Below, one piece after another: positions 41,557 through 53,553 of a DNA stretch of 64,000 bases. How positions within the stretch are numbered: position 1 is the stretch's first letter; each line of letters opens with the position of its first letter. The translations under genes and the position numbers were made by a program. The notes under the pieces were generated by a model that saw only the letters and a list, made by a program, of their open reading frames with translations, was not told where the DNA came from and searched no databases. The stretch is from NCBI RefSeq assembly GCF_018977255.1, contig NW_024704742.1, forward strand, positions 119,476,001-119,540,000, written 5' to 3'. The stretch comes from Callorhinchus milii. Its lineage: Eukaryota.

Positions 41557-42288
41557 TCAAAATGAGCTTGAATGCCACAACATGCATTTATACAATAATA
41601 TATTATTATACATTCACATAGTGCTCTTCACGCGCTTCTACCATTACTTACTATTAGAATTATATTGTTATCCACAATATTTTATGGTTTCTTTTACTGT
41701 TCCTCCAACCAATAGTGGGAGAGATCTTATACCAAGGACAATAAAATGAAGTTAACAGTGCGGCAAATCCTAAAGTCTCCCAAGTTTGGAATGAAATGAT
41801 TTGCTGCCTGCTCAACTGAAACAAAACCAAGCACATTGTCCATTTGGCCACTGAAAAATCCTGACAAATCTCAGGACTTTTTAAAAAAAAATAATAAATA
41901 ACTTGAGAACAAGGCTGTGAAGGGTTGATTGTTGGACTGTACGGTGTCATTGGGGATAAACGTTAAAGCTGGGAGAGCCTGAAAGCACAGGCTGAACACC
42001 AGTTTCACAACCAGATGGCAAAGGATTCAACTCCCAAAGCTGCTCATCACTGAGACCCACCAGCTACTGTCAGAACAGTTTATAGTCAGGCTACTTGATG
42101 CCTGTGACACTAGAGAATACAAACCCAGGGAGTGGAGGCAGGAAGTAGAAGGACTGACAGGAGTAATGTAATTGGCAGGAGAAACGTAAAAATGAGGGAA
42201 TGGAAGAGAAAGTGAGTTAATAATAATAATCCTTGCATTTCATATTGCACTTTATCACGTCAAAATATCTTAATGCCCTTCTGCATAT

Positions 42289-43165
42289 TTGTCAGGCTGT
42301 CTCGGTTAGTAGCACTCTCGCCTCCAAGTCAAAAGGTTGTGGTTCGAGTCCCATGTTGAGACTAGTCAAGGCTGACAGTAATGCAGTGCTGGAACATGCT
42401 GCATTATTGGAGATGCTGTCTTTTGGATGAGATGTTAAACCGTGGATCTATCTGTCTCTGCAGGTGGATGTTAAAGATCGTAAACATTCCATGGCACTAT
42501 CGAAAAGAGAAGGTCAGCCCACACTAGGCTCCACAACCTATCACGCCCATCCTCGCCCGCCTCCACTGGCTCCCCATCTCCCAGAGGATTGAGATCAAGA
42601 TCCTCATCCTCACTTTCAAACCCCTCCATGATCTTGCCCACCCTACCTCTGCTACCTTCTAAAATCCTACCAACCCGCCCGCTACCTCCACTCGGTAAGC
42701 AATGGCCTGATTCACATTCTCTACCCTGCCCACTCCACCATCGGAGGTCAGGTTTTCAGCTTTTCTGCCCACATTCTCTGGAACTCAATCCCAGAAGAGC
42801 TTTGCCTTTCAAGATCCATTTCGAGACTTTTCTCTTTGACCTCATCTTCGGTCATCTTTCCCCTACTCCACCTGAATCCTATCCTCAATTCGGGTGCAAA
42901 CCCTCAACTGTCAAGCACCTTGAGACGTCCTCCTGATGTGAAAGGTACAATATAAATGCCACTTGTTGGAATTTCTCCCAGTGTCTTGGCCAACAATCTT
43001 CCAAATAAAAATTTGTCAATTTTACTTCATGGCTTTTGAGGGGCATTGCTCTGTACAAATTGGCTGAAGTATTCGCCTACAAATACATACTTCGAAACTG
43101 CAGCACATTGAGATGTTTCAATGATTTGATAAGATGCTATATTAAATGCAAGGATTATTATTATT
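42289..43165 (+). mobile_element. DeuSINE-like SINE split by an L2 insertion
   Basis: Head and core at 42289-42510; 3' half at 42970-43165. Confidence 0.75.
42535..42969 (+). mobile_element. L2 LINE 3' fragment inserted into a DeuSINE-like copy
   Basis: Homologous to 52132-52631; host SINE resumes at about 42970. Confidence 0.82.
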
Positions 43166-43759
43166 TTTGTAGGCAAGCTTAATTTTCTTCCAAAAATAAG
43201 GTGTGTCTTTTCTGAAAATGTACTTTTAAGAATATAAATTGTTCAAACTAAATAAAATTCTTCCTGCACCCCAAATATTGGCTATTCTCATTTACACATT
43301 AATATGCAAACAACATTTCCAATCTGCAACTAATTTAACTGCAGATCCTCCTCATTTTCTCTCACCCCCCTCCCTAATATGAGCCCAAGCAGCATGTTTT
43401 ATGTTTTTTCAAAAGAAAATTCACAAATGCATGTAAAAGAAAAACAACAGCAAAAGCCCCAGAGTAATGAAAATTAAGAAAAAGCAAGAAACCTTTGCAA
43501 AGTTGTTCACTCCATGTTCTAAGCGTGTATTAAACTTACAAATCCCGATAACATAAGTGTGTGTTAAACATACAAAATACTTATAGAATTCAGGACAAAC
43601 TCCTAATCTTCCCCCTCCAAAAAAAAAGAAAATAGTTTACCAATATAAACAAAGAAGGAATGTGAGTTTCCGGGTTGTAAAATGCAAGTCAAAAGAAAGC
43701 CTGTCAAAATTACTTTCAAAATAGGAACAATTTAAAAACCCTAACCCACATCAGATTAC

Positions 43760-43780
43760 CTGTCAGGTCTGTGGCCATGA
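43760..43780 (-). CDS. MAST4: Candidate alternatively spliced 21-nt microexon giving ...FAR-SHGHRPDR-TDGRRW...
   Basis: ttacttcag|TCATGGCCACAGACCTGACAG|gtaatc; frame-preserving; long upstream pyrimidine tract; peptide resembles the recalled MAST2 insert SHSHRADR at the same junction. Confidence 0.8.
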
Positions 43781-44320
43781 CTGAAGTAAATCATCAGGTA
43801 GTTGTAGGGTATGAAAGAACGACAAGAAAAACACAAAGAGAACAGAAAAGGCAAAATTTACAGCTTTGAGTCATTTAAATATGTCTTAGTAGGATTGTGA
43901 AAAAGTCATTACAACACTGGGATAGTGAACCTTTTCTAGTCCTTAGAGTCTCTACAACACTGACATGTCAGAATGAGTCGTTCAGAGTGATCATCAGTTC
44001 TAATCAACTGGTCAGCAAGGTTAGTTTCTTCCCAGATAAATTCTTTGCTGCACTTGGCCAACATTGCCAATTAGACTATATTGTTTTAATTATATCAATT
44101 AAAAACACTTTCAATATTGTCCTGGGGTGGCAATAAAAGATTCATTCAAAACTGTTTGAGATAACCCCGCCTTTTAATAAAACAAGCATTGCGGTTAATT
44201 CCTGCAACACACAGCTAAAACCAGAATCGATGCATTGTACGGGTACATATTGTTCATATGTTCCCATCCTTTGCAAATAAAAGCTGTAGATTTCCCTCCC
44301 GAGTTTTTTCTTTCACTTAC

Positions 44321-44390
44321 CTTCGAGCGAATGAAAAATGAGCTGAGGCACTGGGAGAGAAATTTCTTGGGCTGTCTTGAGGGCTGCTTC
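44321..44390 (-). CDS. MAST4: MAST4 exon b: GSSPQDSPRNFSPSASAHFSFAR(R)
   Basis: tagcag|GAAGC...CGAAG|gtaagt; 70 nt. Confidence 0.95.
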
Positions 44391-46453
44391 CTGCTAAAGA
44401 GATGAATACCCTTTGATCAGCGTATTTAGCCTTGACAATATTTTTAGAGTAGGAACTGCCCGAGAACTGTATGCTTCTTACTGTAAACTTAAACGGCACA
44501 TTTGTTTAAACATACTCTACCTGTTGCTATTGTGCTGCTCAAGCAGTGAAGCTGACATTTAAGGATCATTCCCAGTGCAGATTCAACAACTTTGATCCTC
44601 TGCTGCGGTGTAATACCATACTCCAATTTACTCATTCTTACCCAATAATCTTGTTGTCCTCTTTTTGCCCACAAAATACACAGACGAATACCTATTTGAA
44701 AAGAGATGGGGAGTTTCTCCCAGTGTCCTGGCCTACAATCCCCCAAATAAAATTGGTCATTCGTTTCATGGCAAATTGTGCTGACGTGTTCACCTACAAA
44801 TACACTCCATTTCACAATAAATTCTGTGAGGCGTTTTGAGACGTTCTTCTGATGTGATAAGGCACTATACCAAATACAAGGATTGTTATTATTAAAACCA
44901 TCTCTCTTTTAACTTCTCTATGAGAAGGAAGCATTCCCTATCTTCACAGCTCTCCGTGGGAAGAAATACTTCCTGACCTCAGTTCTACTTGTTTTAGTTC
45001 TGATTTGAAGGCTGTGCCACTACCAGCAATGGATCACTCCGTCAGCTAATTTTGCACATAATGTTTCACAAGCACCATGAAGTCAACAATCTGGGAAGTT
45101 TTGTCAAGGACACCAAGAAACACTCCCATCTCTTTTCAAACAGTGCCATGGGATCTTTAAAGTCTGGCAGATGGGACCTTGGTTTAATGTCTCCTTTGAA
45201 GGACAGCAACTTCAACAGTTCAGCCCCGATGTGAAAGACACTATATGATGTACTGTAAATTATAATGCAATCTCAAACTAGAGGAAGATGAATAAACACT
45301 AGTGTTTACTATTCAAAGTCCAAGTCACACATGAATGCAGAAGCTTAGCAGCTGACCACTGGGCTGCCTAAATAAACACATTTAACAGTGAATCAGACAA
45401 AAACAAACCATTGGCTTTGCAACAAAACAATTTTTCTACGCTCTAGATGTGATCGGCACATTAAAAGTAACAATTAGAATTAATTATAGTCTGACCAAAC
45501 TGTCATCCTAGTCTACATTTCATTTTGATATATTTTAGCTCAAAGTTAATCATTGCTGGTAAACATGACAATTTGAAACCAGCAATTACTTCAGAGCGAA
45601 ACAAACATAAACTGGCCAGTTATACTGGCAACTAAAATACAGTCAGACTGATGCTACTGCAGTTTCTTACCTAAGAAAATGGAACAAGACAGGGAAGTGG
45701 AATGCATTTCTTTTTTTGTTTCTGTGGTCCAGGGAGTACCTTAATTTGAGAGTTCCTTGTCTCAGGAATGAGTATTATTTTCTTCAATTTCTAAAGAGAA
45801 GATTTTGAACAAAAAGTAGTTTCTCTAGATGGTTATACTCCCCTTTATGGTTTATACACGCACTCCAGTGGACCAACTAGCCTATTTTCAAAGGAAATGC
45901 GGAGTGACATTGGGATCTAAAATGTTCTCCAGCAACAATATCACAGTGTAACTGCTTGCAAAAGCACCCATAAAATACAGTATATTTTCAGGCATTCCTC
46001 TGAACAAATAATAATAATAATCCTTGCACTTGGTATAGCGCCTTATCACTCATTAGAGCTTCCCAGGAATTACTGTGAAATGGAGCGACTGAGACTTGGG
46101 CCCTGATGAGAATTTGTCTTGAGCCAAGGTCTCTTCAATCAAATGACTTATTGCCTATAAAATACATTCACCTACAAAATACACAGTCACCACACTTCAC
46201 AGTAAAAATGCTTTGAAGCGCTTTGAGACATTTCAAAGACATAAGGCGCTGTATAAAATGCATGGGTCATTATTATTACGGTCTGAGAAAATGTTGTTTA
46301 CACTGAAGGTACATTTGTCAATGGACACAGGGGGAATGACACTTTTGAGTAAAGCCCCAAATTCCTAAAGTACTAAAACCCCGAATTCTACCCGAACCCT
46401 AATCTTAACATGTAAAACCATTTAATCCTAAAGATCACAAGAAAAAGATCACA

Positions 46454-47109
46454 TCCTCTAGCTCAGTGGTTAGAGCACTCGCTTTGCAAGCGAGAGACCT
46501 GGGTTCGATTCCTGGCAGGGTGAAACCTTGGGCAAGTTTCCTTACTCCACACTCCTGATAATAATCCCTCAAGAAAATAAAACAATAATAAATTGGTGAC
46601 TTCAAACCACGACTGTTTGTGGGACATTGTTGTGCGCAATTGGCTGTCGCATTTTGCCCACAGATATACAGTCTATTCACTTTACAATGTATTCTGTGAA
46701 GCGCTTTGAGACGTCCAGAAGACGTGAAAAGCGTTATAATAATAATAATAATAATCCTTGCATTTGATATAGCGCTTTTCACGTCGGGAGGACGTCCCAA
46801 AGCGCTTCACAGAACACACTGTAAAGTGAATTGACTGTATATTTGTGGGCGAACGCGGCAGCCAATTGCGCACAGCAATGTCCCACAAACAGTCGTAGAT
46901 TGAAAATGACCAATTTAATTATTGTTTTTAGTTTTGGAGGGATTATTATTAGGCGTGTGGAGTAAGGAAACTTGCCCAAGGTTTCGCCCTGCCTGGAATT
47001 GAACTCAGGTCTCTCACTTGCAAAGTGAGTGCTCTAACCACTGAGCTACAGGACTCCACTATATCGAATGCTATATCGAATGCAAGGATTATTATTATTA
47101 TTATTATTA
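46454..47109 (+). mobile_element. tRNA-headed SINE split by the minus-strand copy (body 46454-46737, tail 47059-47109)
   Basis: Body stops at gtgaaaagcg; the expected continuation ctatatc-aatgcaaggatt(att)n appears after the inserted copy. Confidence 0.88.
46738..47058 (-). mobile_element. Young tRNA-headed SINE, full length
   Basis: Near-identical reverse complement of 53228-53553. Confidence 0.93.
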
Positions 47110-47569
47110 CCTACCATTTATTTGTTCATCTAGCAAATACAGGCCCAAGCAAATGGTTCATTACATCTACACAGGAACAATAACCCAAGATGCCAAAGAT
47201 ACCAAACTGAAATAAGCAACAAGCAAACCCTTTTTGCAAAGGAACATTAAACTGAGGTAATAGGTGAGCATTGATAATATTTTAATCAAGTATACACTGA
47301 GGCCAGAATATTACACATGATCAACCCTGAAGATCTCATATGATAAATTCCAACTGACAGCAACACACAACTCTCTTCACTGACTGACATCCGGACAACA
47401 GAAGACAATAGGAGATTCATGTTCACTGATATCACAAAGCAAGGCAAATATTACACTAAACAGGGTAAAGTCTCATCAAAGTAGAATTTATTATAAGGGT
47501 ATTCACATATAGGGAGTATATAGTACATAATGCTTTAATTTAATAGGTACTTCCACTAACCCACAAACT

Positions 47570-47795
47570 ACAAATGATTCAGAACTCCACCGCCCGTATT
47601 GTCTTCCACACTAAACTCCATACTCCCTCACACCAGTCCTCGCCAGGTTCCAATGGCTCCCTATTCACAGAATGGATCAATTTCAAAACCAACCTCTTTG
47701 ACTGTGTTTTTGGTCATCTTTCTCCTCCTCCCACCACCAGTATGGGTGCCCAGCCAGCAGTGTCGAAGGTGTTATATGAATGTAAATTGTGTTGC
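47570..47795 (+). mobile_element. Internally deleted L2 3' fragment
   Basis: IQNSTARIV-like start, tttgactgtgtttttggtcatct segment and a decayed tail. Confidence 0.65.
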
Positions 47796-48509
47796 ATATA
47801 GTGTCTAGCCTATTTCATTATTGCAGTAAAACACAGGACGCTCCAGAAAGCCAGACTAGTGTGCAATTGTGGACATGATTTTTACACCTCACTAAGCAGA
47901 GGCAGCATGCGGCAGTCCCATTAAAATGTTTCAATACTGCACAATGTTAAAGATCGATCAATCCTATTGCAAATTCTAGTTTCAGTTCTATCCTTGTATT
48001 TTACTTTTAAGTGAGAATGGAATGCTTCAATAGTTTAATTTGTGCTCTGTGTAAATGTACTATTAATTATTTGAATTTGTCCTGATTGAATTCCCTCAGC
48101 GCAAGATATTGTTCCTTTCTAGTTGCAGAATAATAGCACAGCTATCCACCTTCAATACCTATATTGCTATGCTGCAATGATGTAATCAGCTTCTTTGGAT
48201 GGATGGCTTCATACAAAAAGAGTCTCAATCGGCCAGACAGCATTGAAATTGATTGTATTCCAGCATTTACCCTGAACATTATGTTCTTTAAACGTAAGAA
48301 CGTATTTTATCCATTACAGCTTTGTCTGTTGCTTTTGATCTTTTTGGTTAAAAGTTATGATCAGAGGGAATTAAGAAACAGTGTTAGCTTCAGATGAATG
48401 AGTATCAACTGATACCGATTGTAAAGCTTTCAGTTTCCTTGCATTTTACTGTGTTAATAAGTGTATTTATAAAGTACTACACAGCTTGCTGTAGTACTGT
48501 ATATCTGTG

Positions 48510-48770
48510 TACCATTGGCAGGCAGGCCTTCAGCCACTCTGCCCCCACACTCTGGAACGCCATCCGGCAGTCCCTCCACCTTGCCCCCTCCCTTGCCTCT
48601 TTCGAGACCGGTCTCAAGACCCTTCTCTTTGACCGTGCCTTCGGTCACCTTCTCTCCGCTCCTGCCTTCCTCGATCCTGACTCCCAGCTCGGGTCCAAAA
48701 CACTGATTGTCCAGCGCAATGGGATGTCCTCCCGACATGAAAGGAGCTATACAAATGTAATTTTGTAATT
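48510..48770 (+). mobile_element. L2 LINE 3' end
   Basis: IGRQAFSHSAPTLWNAI...FETGLKTLLFDRAF plus the shared tail. Confidence 0.88.
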
Positions 48771-50747
48771 GTAACTATAAAACAAAAGGTAACTTTATAG
48801 TCCAAATAATCATTTCTTTGCCAACATTTCTAAATAATTATAAAAATGTATAACTATAAAAAATAATTACAGAAAGTTTGCAAAAATAAGATTGCCTGAT
48901 TTACAAAAGCATGTCCAAAAAGGATTGAAAAAGGACAATAGAACACATCATTCCCACAATGTGGTAACACACTGTAATACTGTTATGAGACAACGGTCTG
49001 CTTGACCTTTACCTCTCTCTTCTCATGGTTCAAGGTTTAATGCACCCGTCAACAAAGCAGGAAATAAATCCCAAAGAGAATTCAATTTGAAAATTGTTCC
49101 AGATCATTTTCAGTCCATATGGGCAGCCTACGTTTCTCACCAGAGCCCTGCTGTTTCTAGATTAAAACTGACTGTTATGCAGTTTAAGTCTTGAATTGTC
49201 TTGGTATTGCAGTAATTAGCTTTGGATGTTTCTGCTGGGATTGACTAAACCCAAGTGCCAGTCATGTATTGACGAGGTAATGAACTATGCTACTTCAAGG
49301 GAGAAACAATACATCAGACACTTAATTTGCATATTTTTATATAAAAATAAAAACTGTTTTTCTGTGATTAAAAACTGAGTTTGAAATATGAAGATGATGA
49401 AATGCCACCAGCCAACATAACATTACAACATTTGATAAATTGCAAACAGGTAATCATTTTATTGGAACAAATACCACAGAATGCCACTAACAGCAGTGCT
49501 CTGCTTGTCAATGAGATTATACAAGACATCTTATTCAGTATCAGATGACAGAATAACTTTAAATAATCTCCAATCCATAATGAAATGCATGTCTAATTAC
49601 TACTCACGAGTCTTAAAAAACCTTTGACATTTATATCTGATATAAATTGTCAAGTTCATGACAGGAACCACACAATATGAATGTACTAGGCAAACATCTA
49701 TTTGCTAAAATGCACCAGAGCTTTATTTTCAACTATTTTCTCCATATTCATTTTCTCAGTTGGGTGTGAATAAATTAACCATTGAGAGAATATATTTTTC
49801 CAGAGATCTAAAAAGTTCATGTGTTTAGCTATCAGTGAAAAATCCAACTTTAAAAAAAATGAAAATACAGTATAAATTTCCTTAAAAATTATTTGCAAAT
49901 TCCAAAGTCTAAACCACGTAACTGTAACCATCAAACTGTAATTAGTTAGCATGGATTTAAAAGCAATGGGCTGTGTCTCACAAATTAAAATGGAACCTTT
50001 TAGAAAGCAACTAAATCAGTGATTGCGAGATATGAAGATGTAGAATTTCCTTCAGACGTTTTCTGAAGGCATTTGCTATAGCTCCATATGTGAGATTTTT
50101 AAAGAAGGTTAAAGTTTATTGAATCAATCATGCATTAGTTAAATCAGATGAACAGGAAGAAAAGTAATGAGAAGAGGCTCTGGAGTGTGGGGGTTGAACA
50201 CAATGAGAATATTGCTTCTCTTCTACATCCCCGGCTTTTCACTCCGTCCATGACAGAATTGGAAAAGAGCAAGTCTTTTGTGATATTACATTTGCAGTGC
50301 TGTAAAGGCATGTGAGCAGGTTAATAATGTGAGGAAGATAAACAGCATTGAAGATCTAGACCAATTAAGAGTGACTGATGAATATTAACATCATGAAAGG
50401 CAATGAAATTCACATTGGAAAATGTCTGCACAAAATGAAGGGGTGCTCATTAGTAGACATGGCTCATTGTAATAATGCTACTGAACAAAGGCAATCAAAT
50501 ACTATGCAGCATTTTAATAATATTTAATAATGAGTCAATTAGTTTGCACAGATCACTGGTGAAACCATCGTAAAAATATTGTGTGGCAAATTTTGGACAA
50601 CCCACCTTCAAAAAAATATTGGACCTCTGGAGAGAATTCAGAGAAGAACAAGAACAATTCTGCAACTTAGTGCTCTAAGTTATAAGAGACATCCAGTTGA
50701 GGAAGAGACATCCAGTTGGTCTTCATTGAAAAAAACATTAGGTGTTA

Positions 50748-51076
50748 GGTGTCAGCTGGCTCAGTTGTTAGCACTTTTACCTCTAAATTAGAAGCTTGTG
50801 GGTTCAAGCCCTACACCAGGACTTTAACGTCACAGCCTAGATTGATGCTCCAGTGCTGGGGAAGCATTGCATTGTTGGAGATCTTGTCCTTCAAATTAGA
50901 TACTAAGAAAATCAAAGGTTTTGTCTGTCTGTTCAGGTGGATGCCAAAGATTCAATAGCACTATTTGAAAACAAAAGAGAGTTTCTCCTCGTGTACTGAC
51001 CAATAATCCCCAGATGAAACTGGTTATTCCCTTCATGGCTGTTTGTGTGACACTGCTGTGCACAAATTGGCTGCCA
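50748..51076 (+). mobile_element. Older DeuSINE-like SINE, 3'-interrupted by L2
   Basis: gtgtcagctggctcagttg...gttcaggtggatgccaaagattc...aattggctgcc. Confidence 0.78.
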
Positions 51077-51080
51077 CTTA

Positions 51081-51925
51081 CAACAACAACAAGATTACAC
51101 TTGTATAGCGCCTTTCACCTCGGGAGGATGTCCCAAGGCGCTGGACAGTGTACAGCATTTCAGACCCGAGCTAGGGTCAGGGAGAGAGAAGGGAGGGGAG
51201 GGGAAGGGGGGTGACCGATGGCATGGTCGAAAAGGAGGGTTTTGAGGCGGGACTTGAAGGAGGCTAAAGAGGGGGCGAGGCGGAGTGATTGGGGGATGGA
51301 GTTCCAGAGGTTGGGGGCAGAGTGGCTGAAGGCTCTCCCGCCAATGGTGGGGCGGGTGGGTCGGGGGATATGGAGCAGGCTGAGCGGAGGGAGCGGGTAG
51401 GTTGATAGGGGGTTAGGAGGTCGCAGAGGTAGGGTGGGGCGAAGCCATGGAGGGCTTTGTAGGTGAGGACCAGGATCTTGAACTGGATCCTCTGAAGGAC
51501 AGGGAGCCAATGGAGTCGGGCGAGAATGGGGGAGATGGGGTCACGGAGTTCTGAATTATCTGCAGTCTGTGGAGGGAGGAGTTGGGAATGCCGACAAGCA
51601 GGGCATTTGCATAGTCGAGCCTGGAGGTGATGAAGGCATGAACAAGAGTTTCAGCGGACTGAGGGGTGAGGTAGTGGCGGAGTCGGGCGATGTTACGGAG
51701 GTGAGGGGAGGCAGAGAGGGTCATGGATTGGATGTGGGGGAAAAAAGACAGTTGAGGATCGAACAAGACATCTGGGTTCCTGACTGGCTGGTGAGTTGTA
51801 GTGTGCAACCATGGAGGTTGATGCTGCCAGAGCCTGAGGTGCAGAGGCGCTGGAGCGAGCCAAGCAGGAGGGCCTCAGTCTTGTTTACATTCAACTGTAG
51901 GAAATTTGCCCTCATCCAGGACTGT
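51081..51925 (-). mobile_element. L2 LINE 3' fragment
   Basis: ANFLQLNVNKTEALL, AFITSRLDYANALLVG and IGGRAFSHSAPNLWNSIP peptides; (GTT)n tail. Confidence 0.92.
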
Positions 51926-52131
51926 ATCCAAGTCCAGACGTGGGGCTTGAGCCCACAACTTCTGACGAAGAGGCGAAAGTGTTACCAACTGAGCCAGACT
52001 GACACACTTGACTGAGTTTAACGTGTACAATGGGACCCAGCAGTTTCTATGCTGGGGGTGGGGAAGAGGAGGAAAATGGGATAAACTTTGGGGATCAGGG
52101 CGCATGTTGGCAGAACACTGTCTTTTAGTGA

Positions 52132-52631
52132 ATCATGCGACCACATCACTCCCACCCTCGCTCGCCTCCACTGGCTTCCAATCCCCCAGAGGATCGAATT
52201 CAAGATCCTCATCCTCACCTACAAGGCCATCCACGGCCTTGCTCCCTCCTACCTCTCCGACCTACTATCCCCCTACCTACCTGCCCGTACCCTCCGTTCC
52301 TCTGGCTCCGGTCTGCTCCACATCCCCCGCCCCAACCGCCCTACCATCGGTGGCCGGGCCTTCAGCCTCTCAGCCCGAGGCTCTGGAACTCCATCCCCCA
52401 GTGCCTTCGCCGCTTCCTTCCTTTCCTCCTTCAAGGCCGGTCTCAAGACCTTTCTCTTTGACTGTGCCTTCAGCTCCCCTCTCGACTTTCTACCCCCTCC
52501 TCGCTCCCTCCCTTCCCCCCCTCACCCTGACCATTTCCCCCCTGCTCGGGTCCTGACCCAACTGTCCAGTATCTTGGGACGTCCTCCCGACGTGAAAGGC
52601 GCTCTATAAATGGAATCTTGTTGTTGTTGTT
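52132..52631 (+). mobile_element. L2 LINE 3' fragment
   Basis: DHITPTLARLHWLPIPQRIEFKILILTYKAIHGLAPSYLSDLL; (GTT)n tail. Confidence 0.92.
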
Positions 52632-53064
52632 TTATAATTTGCTCACTATGTCAGAATATTTGCTAGTGAAAATTCATTACAACAGAAGAGGGTACCAATA
52701 TTTTGTTACAGTACGATTTGATTCTCTTAAATTACAAAATCCAGGAAAGACATTCATATTTAATTATTCTGTCTGATATTTACTGATGCCATGACAGCAA
52801 CTTCTGCTCAGAACTCAGTGCAAAGCTATTTATTTTTGGGGGTGAAATCTTATTTTAGGTTAAACTGAAATGTCTCGAAACGCTTCACACAAAGAGACAT
52901 CTTTTGAATGCAAAGACTGTGATTTAGACAAATGTGGGATCCAATTCAATAATGTCGACATCCATCTTAAACAGCCATTTGCATTTGTACAAAAAATGAA
53001 GCTTGTAGAATACAATACAAAATTACATTTGTATAGCGCCTTTCAAATCAGGAGGACATATTTG

Positions 53065-53188
53065 CAAGGCTCTCGGGAGAGCGCAGGGGAGTGGGATTAA
53101 TTTGGATAGCTCTTTCAAAGGGCCATCACAGGCACAATGGGCTGAATGGCCTCTTTCTGTCCTGTATAATTCTATGATTCTATGATTC
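53065..53188 (+). mobile_element. CR1-type LINE 3' terminus (similar decayed ends at about 36225-36320, 11665-11950, 6360-6520, 35430-35490)
   Basis: atgggctgaatggcct...tctgtcctgtataattctatgattctatgattc, a CR1-style short terminal repeat. Confidence 0.7.
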
Positions 53189-53227
53189 AAGGCGCTTATG
53201 GCTCATGATTTGAGCTTATGGCTCATG

Positions 53228-53553
53228 TGGAGTCCTGTAGCTCAGTGGTTAGAGCACTCGCTTTGCAAGCGAGAGACCTGAGTTCAATTCCAGGCAGGGC
53301 CAAACCTTGGGCAAGTTTCCTTACTCCACACGCCTGATAATAATCCCTCCAAAACCAAAAACAATAATAAAATTGGTCATTTTCAATCTACGACTGTTTG
53401 TGGGACATTGCTGTGTGCAATTGGCTGCCGCGTTCACCCACAAATATACAGTCAATTCACTTTACAGTGTGTTCTGTGAAGCGCTTTGGGACGTCCTCCC
53501 GACGTGAAAAGCGCTATATCAAATGCAAGGATTATTATTATTATTTATTATTA
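53228..53553 (+). mobile_element. Young tRNA(Ala-TGC-like)-headed SINE, full length, (ATT)n tail
   Basis: A box TAGCTCAGTGG, anticodon arm CTCGC-TTTGCAA-GCGAG, B box GAGTTCAATTCC, L2-like 3' tail. Confidence 0.93.

Noticed and set aside
53228..53300. tRNA-Ala(TGC) gene (also at 46454, 46985-47058, 54590-54663)
   Set aside because: Each is the head of a SINE, continuing into the SINE body and (ATT)n tail without a Pol III terminator.
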